Shown one piece after another: positions 1-7,962 of a stretch of 64,000 nucleotides of DNA; the first letter of the stretch is position 1; each line of letters opens with the position of its first letter. The stretch lies in the NCBI GenBank assembly GCA_963666285.1, contig OY762711.1. The stretch is one strand, 5' to 3'. A program made the position numbers and the translations under genes. Under the pieces are notes generated by a model, which saw only the letters and a program-made list of their open reading frames with translations, was not told the DNA's origin and did not search any database. The DNA comes from Sedimentisphaerales bacterium. GTDB taxonomy: Bacteria > Planctomycetota > Phycisphaerae > Sedimentisphaerales > SM23-30.

Positions 1-2347
1 ATGCTTTTCTGTGACGTTTGGCAAATTCAGCTTCAGCCCTGGCAAGCTCAGTCATTACATTTTCGGGCTTGCCTTTTCTTCTGGCATTTTCAGCGGCAAG
101 TTCTATTACCTCATCAGAATACTTACCGCCTAATATGTCAGTAGCGGTAACAAGTTTATGACGGCCTGAATTGCCAACCAGGTCAATCATCAAGGCTTTA
201 GGCTTAATTGAGTTTGCGATAAGTTCCCGCCGTTGCAATGCAGTTTCGAGATAGTTTAATTCATGGGCGATACATTCCGCCGGGCGGGTCATTCTGCCGA
301 ATATCTGAGCATATAATGACCGGCTTTTAGTTGGCCTGCCGTTGGCTATCACTTCGACACCGGGATCATCAAAGCCCTCAGTAAAACAACCGACATTTAC
401 CAGACGGCGTATTTCACCTTTATAATACCGTTCAACAATATCACGCCTGACATCCTTTGGCGTTTTGCCGCATACAAATTCTGTTGATTCCGGCTGATAG
501 CGGTTGAATATCTCTTTTAATCCTTCTGCCTGGGCCACTGAACCGGCAAAGACAAGCGTTTTTCTATCACCGGCAATTTCCATTGTAGGGATAGCCATTT
601 CGTGCATAACTTTTTCATGCTCTAATATGGCGTTAAGGTCACTTGAAGCCAAATCGCCAAGCTGTGTCCTGCAACCTGACAAGTCAAGACCTAAAACCTC
701 TACAACTTGCTGTTCAACATCGACCAGATAGCCATCTGTAATACCGTCAGATATGCTATAGTCAATAGCCACATCATCAAAAATCTGACCTAAAGCCTGC
801 TCGTCCGTTCTGTCTGGTGTTGCCGTAACGCCCAGATGTTTACATTCAGAGTTTCCATCGAGAAAATAATTATATATCTTGCGATATGAAGCGGCGGCGG
901 CTCTATGGGCCTCATCTGTTACTATAAGGCCGAAATCCTGCGGATTAAAACGCTCTAACCTATGGTCACGACAAAGGGTTTGTACCGTTGCCACTACAAC
1001 TTCAGAAATAAATGCACCGTAGGTCTGAGCATAGTTTGAAGCCATCTCTATATCAGAATGCAAACCTGTAGCACGCTCGATTTTATCCGCTGCCTGGTTA
1101 ATCAACTCTTCACGATGGGCCAGAACTAAAGCTCTTTTGCCTGTTTCATTATGGCGGCGGCTAATGGCATGGGAAAAAGTTATCGTATTATGGACAACAG
1201 TGAAATCGCCAAGCAAAAATCTTCTGTCCTCACCTGATAAAGTAAAACCGTAATAATCACCTTCGCCAACCGGTTCTACCTTAATGCCCGTAACCAGAAC
1301 ATCCTTTTTCTGTTTCCGGCTCACAGCCTGCTTATGCTGAACCCGGCATGGGATATTGGATATCTCACCGCTGATTATAATTCTGTAATATAGTCCTGTC
1401 TTACCAGTATTACCGCAGGTTTTTTCACACTGCCTTACATAAGCAGCTAAACCCAAACTCCTGGCAATAAACACCACACCTTCAGCCAGTTCCCGATACT
1501 TACTGACCAGGTCATAACAACCGCCGGTAAGCGAACCATCGGTATCAATAATACCGGCTAATAACTCATACCTTTTCTCAACTGAACTGGTTTTATAATC
1601 GTGCGGGATATGCTTGTTTTGCAATAAATTAAGGTCTGACAGCGATCCCCTGAATGTATTAGTACCATGCCTGCGACTGCCAGATGTAATACTATACGTC
1701 CAGGCTTTACCGCATTGACTGACCTTAGAAAGTACCAGATTATTTCTACTGCAATATTCCTGTAGCGAGTCAACCACTTCACTATCCATAGTGGTAATAT
1801 TAGGATTACGACAATGACCATCACCAAGCCATACGCCGAGAATGTAAGGGTCTACAGGTAAATGCTTTTCACCAGGAAAAACATCTACCCCAACCCTATA
1901 CCCCTTAGCACAATGCCTGAATGTCGCATTTGATGTTAAATATGTTTTTACATCTATATTGGCAATGTCACCGCTTTTATAGCCTGTCCTGGCCGCATCG
2001 TATATATTCCGGGGTCTTTGCCTGCCGGTTCCGGTTATTTTCAAAGACAAAATATGACTCTCGTTTACCGTGTACGAATCACCTTTGGCCGGTGTAATGC
2101 AATACATAGCTTCCCGACCTCTTGCCAGTGAAGTAACCGTTCTGGCTTTACCATCCGGCCCCATTAACATATCATTCACCTTTATATCCTGCACCGGAAT
2201 TATCTCGCCGGAATACAGCATAACAGGGGTGTCTCTGGCAAAACATTTTCCCAAACCTGTAGCCATTACCGCAAGTGCAGACTGCTTTGTTTTGAATATA
2301 TCAAAAGCGTTATCTATCGCCTCTTGTTGGTACTTTCTCGCCTTCAT
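1..2347 (-). CDS. SF2 DEAH-box helicase (SSL2/ResIII-like, phage type) containing an intein; 3' end runs off the window
   Basis: Hand translation from ATG 2347: MKARKYQQEA (Q motif), MATGLGK/T (Walker A), LAHREEL, IVTDEAH, GVTATP, FTEGFDDP, QIFGRMTR. No stop seen before base 1, which explains its absence from the ORF track. Confidence 0.92.
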   Translation of the reverse strand, partial: MKARKYQQEAIDNAFDIFKTKQSALAVMATGLGKCFARDTPVMLYSGEIIPVQDIKVNDMLMGPDGKARTVTSLARGREAMYCITPAKGDSYTVNESHILSLKITGTGRQRPRNIYDAARTGYKSGDIANIDVKTYLTSNATFRHCAKGYRVGVDVFPGEKHLPVDPYILGVWLGDGHCRNPNITTMDSEVVDSLQEYCSRNNLVLSKVSQCGKAWTYSITSGSRRHGTNTFRGSLSDLNLLQNKHIPHDYKTSSVEKRYELLAGIIDTDGSLTGGCYDLVSKYRELAEGVVFIARSLGLAAYVRQCEKTCGNTGKTGLYYRIIISGEISNIPCRVQHKQAVSRKQKKDVLVTGIKVEPVGEGDYYGFTLSGEDRRFLLGDFTVVHNTITFSHAISRRHNETGKRALVLAHREELINQAADKIERATGLHSDIEMASNYAQTYGAFISEVVVATVQTLCRDHRLERFNPQDFGLIVTDEAHRAAAASYRKIYNYFLDGNSECKHLGVTATPDRTDEQALGQIFDDVAIDYSISDGITDGYLVDVEQQVVEVLGLDLSGCRTQLGDLASSDLNAILEHEKVMHEMAIPTMEIAGDRKTLVFAGSVAQAEGLKEIFNRYQPESTEFVCGKTPKDVRRDIVERYYKGEIRRLVNVGCFTEGFDDPGVEVIANGRPTKSRSLYAQIFGRMTRPAECIAHELNYLETALQRRELIANSIKPKALMIDLVGNSGRHKLVTATDILGGKYSDEVIELAAENARRKGKPENVMTELARAEAEFAKRHRKA
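1187..2245 (-). mobile_element. Intein (353 aa) with LAGLIDADG homing endonuclease
   Basis: Starts CFARDTPVMLYSG (Cys codon 2245-2243). Block B TVNESHIL. Endonuclease motifs YILGVWLGDG and LLAGIIDTDG. Ends FTVVHN (Asn codon 1189-1187), followed by +1 Thr. Removing it restores GLGK-T. Confidence 0.95.
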
Positions 2348-2477
2348 CTCTTCTCTCGATATTAAAAACCCATTTACGACACATGGGGCATATATGCAGT
2401 TCTTTACCGCTAATCTTGATTAGCTCTAAATCAACTATGGAAACCCGCCTTTTGCAGTTACTACATATACCCGTCAT
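2310..2477 (-). CDS. 55-aa zinc-ribbon protein (below ORF-track cutoff)
   Basis: MTGICSNCKRR...HICPMCRKW...GDR*; two CxxC pairs; ATGA overlap with the upstream stop codon. Confidence 0.65.
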   Translation of the reverse strand: MTGICSNCKRRVSIVDLELIKISGKELHICPMCRKWVFNIERRDEGEKVPTRGDR

Positions 2478-3313
2478 TTCTTGGCCTTGTAGTTTTTAAG
2501 CCCGGCTTTAAACTCTTCCGGTGTTGCATGAAAGACCTGCTTTGTCATCCAGCCGTTACCTTTGCAATAACCGCATACACTGCCAACACCGCCATCACCG
2601 CTACACACCGGACAAACACAATATGGCCGCGCAATCCTGATAAGCTCGAAAAGGTTTTCAAATCTTGCCTTGATAAACTTTTCTTCTATTCTTTCAAAAC
2701 CTGGCTGACCGCCGACCTCTATCATTTCGCTTTTAACATCGCTTATCTGATTTCGCCACTGGTTATATTGCGTATCTGTTGCAAATATATCATTCAGCCT
2801 TGCCGGGACTTTCTGACCAAATCTATCCTTAGAAGGTTTATCAACTACAACAGCATCAGTTTTCTTAACAACTTTAGGCTGTTCATATTCAAAGTCATCA
2901 TCTGTCGATTCTTCTGCTTCCTCATCTTCCAGGCCCTCAATGTCATCAAGCAAATTATCCTCTGATTCGGTGTTTTCGCTTGTAAGTCCTTTGTTTTCGG
3001 TCGAATTACCAGTAGCTAGTAATTTCTCCTTACTATTAACAAGCTTGAAAATATCACCAACACCGTAATTTTCTGGAAGTCTATCATCAGCGTATAATTC
3101 ATAAGCTCTCATACAAACCCTTGCTGTTTCATAGCAGATAGGCAGGTCAGATTTTACAAACTTGACAAAGCTTCCTGATATTTCCGCTTTCTTTTCTATA
3201 AGCCTCTGTCCTAAAACAATCATATCTTTTACATGTTGTTTACCGCTATTATGCCAAGCATCACAAGCGTCTAATAGAGGATCTTTTGATTTCTTTATTG
3301 CTGCTTTTGCCAT
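2474..3313 (-). CDS. Phage protein: DUF3102-like N-terminus, acidic linker, C-terminal DnaJ-type zinc finger
   Basis: LGQRLIEKK...SFVKFVKSDLPICYETARVCMRAY; CPVCSGDG and CGYCKGNG (CxxCxGxG). Confidence 0.65.
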   Translation of the reverse strand: MAKAAIKKSKDPLLDACDAWHNSGKQHVKDMIVLGQRLIEKKAEISGSFVKFVKSDLPICYETARVCMRAYELYADDRLPENYGVGDIFKLVNSKEKLLATGNSTENKGLTSENTESEDNLLDDIEGLEDEEAEESTDDDFEYEQPKVVKKTDAVVVDKPSKDRFGQKVPARLNDIFATDTQYNQWRNQISDVKSEMIEVGGQPGFERIEEKFIKARFENLFELIRIARPYCVCPVCSGDGGVGSVCGYCKGNGWMTKQVFHATPEEFKAGLKNYKAKK

Positions 3314-3325
3314 CTTTTTAGCTCC

Positions 3326-3718
3326 TTAAAATGGAATTTCATCATCGTTGACATCATCGTTGTCATTATTGTTTTGGGCCTGGTTCTGAGCATTACCACC
3401 ACCCACAAAAGAAACGTTATCTATCATTACCTTATGTTTGCTGCGTTGATTGCCTTGCTGATCCTGCCACTTTTCAAGCTTCAACCTGCCTTCTATCAAT
3501 ATGGGTTTACCTTTGCTAAAATACTGGTTGAGCGTTTCAGCCTTTACACCAAACACACAGCAGTCAATGAACATTGTTTCTTCTCTGTCCTGACCATTGC
3601 TTTTATATTTGTGGTTACATGCAATACCAAATTCGCAAACCTGCATACCGGATTGAAGGTAGTTTAATTGCGGGTCACGAGTCAGATTGCCTAAAAGAAT
3701 TACTTTATTGAAACTCAT
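3326..3718 (-). CDS. ssb: Single-stranded DNA-binding protein (phage copy)
   Basis: MSFNKVILLGNLTRDP, KGKPILIEGRL, acidic tail DDDEIPF; start moved to ATG 3718. Confidence 0.95.
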   Translation of the reverse strand: MSFNKVILLGNLTRDPQLNYLQSGMQVCEFGIACNHKYKSNGQDREETMFIDCCVFGVKAETLNQYFSKGKPILIEGRLKLEKWQDQQGNQRSKHKVMIDNVSFVGGGNAQNQAQNNNDNDDVNDDEIPF

Positions 3719-4112
3719 TGTTATTTCTCCAATCTTTATCCGGTGGTGGGACAGGACAACCAATAGCCTCCATGAAATCCCAAATGTTCTCCATCCAGAC
3801 AGTTGTTTGTTTTGTTGAAAGTTCTGTTTTGCTTATGATGAATTTTTCCCGGTCAAGCGTTTTGATAAACCACTGTTCGCCGCATTTCTTTTTAAGAATA
3901 AGCTCTGCCATAAGCTCAGATACGCCCATGTATTCAGCTAAAGCCGGAAATACTACAGCGTGCAAATAGGCCATTTGCTGCTTGGATATCTCACGCTGCT
4001 TATCGTATTTCCGAACTTCAACTATACAATCAGGGAATAAGCCTATCGCTTGTTTAAGCCCGCTCCAATCGCCTGCGACCTTTTCACCTATACGCCTAAA
4101 CCGTAGCAACAT
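3705..4112 (-). CDS. Phage hypothetical protein, possibly NinB/Orf-like recombination accessory
   Basis: ISKQQMAYLHAVV...ALAEYMG, SKTELSTKQ...WMENI; lies between ERF and SSB with overlapping ends. Confidence 0.55.
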   Translation of the reverse strand: MLLRFRRIGEKVAGDWSGLKQAIGLFPDCIVEVRKYDKQREISKQQMAYLHAVVFPALAEYMGVSELMAELILKKKCGEQWFIKTLDREKFIISKTELSTKQTTVWMENIWDFMEAIGCPVPPPDKDWRNNNEFQ

Positions 4113-4788
4113 TTCCTATCTCCGTTACGCCGATAGCTGAAAATATGTATTGTGCAATACTGGCAATACTCGCCTTTTTACCTTTATCAACTATTGCCTG
4201 TTTTGCCTGCTTTGCGGCTGCTTCCAGCTTTTTGTCGTCATAATTTATCTTTACAAGGTCAACACCGGCAAGCTCATCAATAGCAGTTTTCAGCGAGTCA
4301 TAAAACTTTTGTTCCTTTGATGTTTGTTCCTGCTGTTTGGACTGCTGCTTAGTTTGATTTTGCTGCTTGCCTTGCTGCTTTTTATCCTGCTCTTTTTGCG
4401 GTTCCTGACTATCTGCATCTTTGCTGTCATCCAAACCAAACAAGCCGCCGCAAGCGTATTTACCGGCATAAGAAGAGGCAGAGCCGGTTAACTGCGACGC
4501 ATCAAATTTTGGCCTGTCTGCGGTTTCCCTTGCCTCTGCGGTTACAAATACGGAATCACCTTCATCAAGGCAAAATAGCTCTGCTTTGGCCCTGACATAG
4601 TGCCTGTCGCCGACCTGGTGTATGTCGTAGGTTATTACAGTTAAAGCGTTATGTTTCTGTTCAAGCGGTTTTAACGCTTCCTGTATATCCTCAAGGTTTC
4701 TATAATTAAACTTACTAAAATCATTCCATTGATTTTTAGGGACTTTTAATTCTGCCCTGATTGCCGCTAATTTCTTTATCGCTGACAT
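4096..4788 (-). CDS. erf: ERF-family single-strand annealing recombinase
   Basis: ELKVPKNQWNDFSKFNYRNLEDI and QLTGSASSYAGKYACGGLFGLDDSKDAD signatures. Confidence 0.9.
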   Translation of the reverse strand: MSAIKKLAAIRAELKVPKNQWNDFSKFNYRNLEDIQEALKPLEQKHNALTVITYDIHQVGDRHYVRAKAELFCLDEGDSVFVTAEARETADRPKFDASQLTGSASSYAGKYACGGLFGLDDSKDADSQEPQKEQDKKQQGKQQNQTKQQSKQQEQTSKEQKFYDSLKTAIDELAGVDLVKINYDDKKLEAAAKQAKQAIVDKGKKASIASIAQYIFSAIGVTEIGNVATV

Positions 4789-4809
4789 TGTGACTCCGTT
4801 CCGATCTGA

Positions 4810-5313
4810 TTACTTGATTTGAACATTCTGTTTTGTTTCTAATTCTGCACCGGGGATTTCCAAGCCTGATTTAATAGCCTTCTTAATTGCGGTTTTATCT
4901 GCCGACTTCTCGACCTTTTCTTTGACATATTCAGAAGGCAAGGTAGTAACATCAGGAACATTAACGGCCTCAGATTTGCGCAATGAGAAAGTATATTCAC
5001 CGGCTACCGTTTTGCCGTTTACCATAAGGAAATCAACTAGAGCCTGCTTGATACGCTGTATAAGCCTGTCTTCTTTATCCTTTAGCTCTTTTACTTCCTT
5101 CAGGCGATCCGCTATCATATCCTGCCTGGCTTCCAGGTATTTCACAAAGCCGCCCAGTTCTTGCAGAGAATCAAGACTTTGAGTTTGTGCATTGACCAGC
5201 TCATTTAATAACTCTTCTGGAAATTCGCCTTCATTCTGCTCTGCTATTACATCTATCTTTTTCTGTAATGCAGCACACTTGAATAAATCACCTATCGCAT
5301 AATATGTATTCAT
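4810..5313 (-). CDS. Siphovirus Gp157-family protein
   Basis: Coiled-coil N-terminus; C-terminal FSLRKSEAV...DKTAIKKAIKSGLEIPGAELETKQNVQIK. Confidence 0.88.
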   Translation of the reverse strand: MNTYYAIGDLFKCAALQKKIDVIAEQNEGEFPEELLNELVNAQTQSLDSLQELGGFVKYLEARQDMIADRLKEVKELKDKEDRLIQRIKQALVDFLMVNGKTVAGEYTFSLRKSEAVNVPDVTTLPSEYVKEKVEKSADKTAIKKAIKSGLEIPGAELETKQNVQIK

Positions 5314-5375
5314 CTTTACCTCCTATAAATAAGCCCGGCATCCTTGCCGGAAAATAACCATCCTTAGTCAGCTAT

Positions 5376-5645
5376 TTAATTGCCAAGATTGTCCAGGTCT
5401 GAACGCTTGTATCTGAGAACCTCACCCTTGCGATATGCTTTGATAATTCCCTTTTCCCGATAGTTCTTTATTGTCTCTTCACTGACACTTAGATACTGGG
5501 CCGCTTCTTTGCGTTTGAACCATTCGGAAACTATTGGAGGCTTTTTACCCTGACAGATTGCAAGCACCTGTTCACGCTGCAAATCTGATACTGTCTGATC
5601 GTTGATTAAAATAGCTTTGACAAGCTCAATGTTTGACTTTTTCAT
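5376..5645 (-). CDS. Excisionase-like helix-turn-helix protein (HTH_17)
   Basis: WFKRKEAAQYLSVSEETIKNYREKGIIKAYRKGEVLRYKRSDLD. Confidence 0.85.
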   Translation of the reverse strand: MKKSNIELVKAILINDQTVSDLQREQVLAICQGKKPPIVSEWFKRKEAAQYLSVSEETIKNYREKGIIKAYRKGEVLRYKRSDLDNLGN

Positions 5646-5659
5646 TTCACAACCTTAAA

Positions 5660-5765
5660 ATAAAAAACCCACCTGCCATTAGGTTAGGTTGCGAGAAACC
5701 GTCCGGCAGATGGGTTAATTTCATGTGGGCTTATGCCACGTTATTTATCTTTTATCGCAACCGGT
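5660..5765 (-). promoter_or_regulatory. Attenuator-like leader A, upstream of the excisionase-like gene
   Basis: Minus strand: stem AACCCAUCUGCC/GGCAGGUGGGUU plus U tract; loop UCGCAACC is complementary to upstream GGUUGCGA. Confidence 0.55.
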
Positions 5766-5974
5766 ATTTACTTGTATAAAACACATAGTGCTTCTGTATT
5801 ACCCGGAAAGTGCGCATAAAAAAATCACGTCAAAACATGTAAGTCCTGACGTGACAAAAAGATAAAAATTTCATTTCAGTCTCAGATGTGCGCAAGGGGG
5901 TGCGCATTTCATACTTCTGTTATTTGTAGATTTTTTAAGGGTTTATTGATTCAGATATAGAAATGACTTTTAAA

Positions 5975-6003
5975 ATAAAAAAAGGCAGGTGGGGAACCTA
6001 CCT
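5975..6003 (-). terminator. Intrinsic terminator
   Basis: Minus strand AGGUAGGU-ucccc-ACCUGCCU followed by a U run. Confidence 0.6.
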
Positions 6004-6067
6004 AAAATTGAGTGTGTGATTCGTAAAAAGCCGGTGCGATCCTGCTCTTATGATATTATTGAATATA

Positions 6068-6361
6068 TCAGTCTGATGATTTGGAAGTTGAATTACGGTT
6101 TACAAGATACTGAAAACCTTTTGCGAATAAGTAAACAATGAACATCAAAACTAATATTGGCACTAATTCATCTTCAGATAATTTAAACGCCATCCATACA
6201 AGCACAAAATCACCAACAAAAAAAATCAATGCTGCAATCTTCTGAATGAATGAACCAAAGAAATTTTTCTCTAGTGACTCGTTTGACATAATTCCAATTA
6301 AAAACATTGATGAATCGCATTTTATAGCTATCACAATAAATAATAAAATATATTCAAACAT
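6068..6361 (-). CDS. Small membrane protein (about 3 TM segments)
   Basis: 97 aa with three hydrophobic stretches; same strand as neighbours. Confidence 0.6.
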   Translation of the reverse strand: MFEYILLFIVIAIKCDSSMFLIGIMSNESLEKNFFGSFIQKIAALIFFVGDFVLVWMAFKLSEDELVPILVLMFIVYLFAKGFQYLVNRNSTSKSSD

Positions 6362-6536
6362 ATTGATATTTCACCTAAATAAAAAAGCCAGTGCGATCTT
6401 GCCCTTATGATGTTATGGTCGGGATTCAGAAGGGAAAAGACAAAACCACACTAGCCAAAATTGAGTGTCTTATTTTTTGTTTCCGGTTATATTTAACCAG
6501 AAAAAGAATTATAATATAAAACTATTCTAATGTAAA

Positions 6537-7217
6537 TTACATCTTGTATTTTCTTTTAAGAAAAATACTTCCAAGACCAAATAACGATAAAGTAGCAGGT
6601 TCCGGTAAAAGATTTATCTCTGTTTCCCCTCCAGAATAAGTCATTTCAAAAGGATTTCCATCTAACAAATAACCGCTTATGATAAAATTGTCATATTCAT
6701 TCTCACAAATTAAATCGTAACCATAAATATTAATAACTGCTCCAAAACCCGTTACAATGCCAAAATCGATATTTCCTCCTTTAATATTAATTGCATCAGA
6801 ATAAAATTTTGTATAGTCAACACTAATATTTCCTCCGGTTATTGTAGTTGTTCCTTTATTGATATAAAAACCCCAAGCATCAACAATACCTCCTGATATT
6901 AGCAGTGTTCCTTCAGAATTTATTTCCTTACTAATAGTACCATTAGATATACAAACTGTTGCATTATTTCCATTATATACAGTACCTATAGTACCTCCAG
7001 ACATATTAAGAGTCGAAGAATCTTCAAGTCTTATACTATCTGTAATTGTTCCTCCGACCATATCAATTAGAGAACCATCATTATAAACATTAACATTCTC
7101 GTAGTTATCTCCTTCAGAGATAATCGTTGATTGTGTGAAATCAATTGAAGCTGCATTTAACTGATATGCTAATAAAAATATCATATAACATACTGACCTC
7201 ATAGATAATCCTTTCAT
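6537..7217 (-). CDS. PEP-CTERM exported protein with short GG-turn beta repeats
   Basis: Signal peptide; repeated xMxGGTI/ISGG; C-terminal LPEPATLSLFGLGSIFLKRK. Confidence 0.9.
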   Translation of the reverse strand: MKGLSMRSVCYMIFLLAYQLNAASIDFTQSTIISEGDNYENVNVYNDGSLIDMVGGTITDSIRLEDSSTLNMSGGTIGTVYNGNNATVCISNGTISKEINSEGTLLISGGIVDAWGFYINKGTTTITGGNISVDYTKFYSDAINIKGGNIDFGIVTGFGAVINIYGYDLICENEYDNFIISGYLLDGNPFEMTYSGGETEINLLPEPATLSLFGLGSIFLKRKYKM

Positions 7218-7241
7218 ACTAGATATACAGCAGTTTTAATA

Positions 7242-7871
7242 TTAAGACATTTTCCTTTTACCATAAATCACACATCCTAAACCAAGCAGCAGCATTGAAG
7301 CTGGTTCTGGTATAACCTGAACGTGTGTCCAAGTATCTGGAATTAATGTCACATCAGCGTTTAAAAATTCTATAGTAAACTCGTCACCATTGTGCCAGTA
7401 TCCAGTTATGCCTGTGTAATTTTCTTCTTCACCAATCCAAGACCAATTGTTTATTTGGCAATCAATGGTAATTGTTATACCGGCAGAAGCATATTGAGCG
7501 GTTCTAATATAATTAATCTGCCCACCATCAAGTAAAACAGTTGCATCTTTTTTAACATAGATAGAATTAACTACTCCACCGGAAACTGTAACGGAACTAT
7601 AATCACTAGGCATAATTACAGTAATACCGCTTTCATAATCAACAAACGGCTCTGAAGTTGATAAAACCGTAAGTGAAGATTTGTCATAAAGATAAATATC
7701 TTCAGCTCCACCGCCATTAACTGTTAAAACACTATCCTCTTTAACTTTAACCAGTCCTCCATATTCACCATTAGATAACAAACCATCAGTAGCTATATTA
7801 TTAGAGTCTGTAATAGCAGAAAAGCATTGCGAACCACAGGCCAGCAGTAATAACATCATAAATATTTTCAT
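7242..7871 (-). CDS. PEP-CTERM exported protein
   Basis: Signal peptide; C-terminal IPEPASMLLLGLGCVIYGKRK. Confidence 0.9.
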   Translation of the reverse strand: MKIFMMLLLLACGSQCFSAITDSNNIATDGLLSNGEYGGLVKVKEDSVLTVNGGGAEDIYLYDKSSLTVLSTSEPFVDYESGITVIMPSDYSSVTVSGGVVNSIYVKKDATVLLDGGQINYIRTAQYASAGITITIDCQINNWSWIGEEENYTGITGYWHNGDEFTIEFLNADVTLIPDTWTHVQVIPEPASMLLLGLGCVIYGKRKMS

Positions 7872-7901
7872 ATTTCTCTCCTGTAAATTATATGGAATAA
7901 T

Positions 7902-7944
7902 AAACCTACCTGCCGTTATTATATCAAATAACGGCAGGTAGTTT
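7902..7944 (-). terminator. Hairpin terminator after the RCC1 gene
   Basis: Inverted repeat CTACCTGCCGTTATT / AATAACGGCAGGTAG. Confidence 0.7.
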
Positions 7945-7962
7945 CAATACTTAATGCAAAAT

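Noticed and set aside
504..2423. ORF-track entries 504-731, 1558-1827 and 2070-2423
   Set aside because: They are shadow or off-frame ORFs overlapping the intein-containing helicase.
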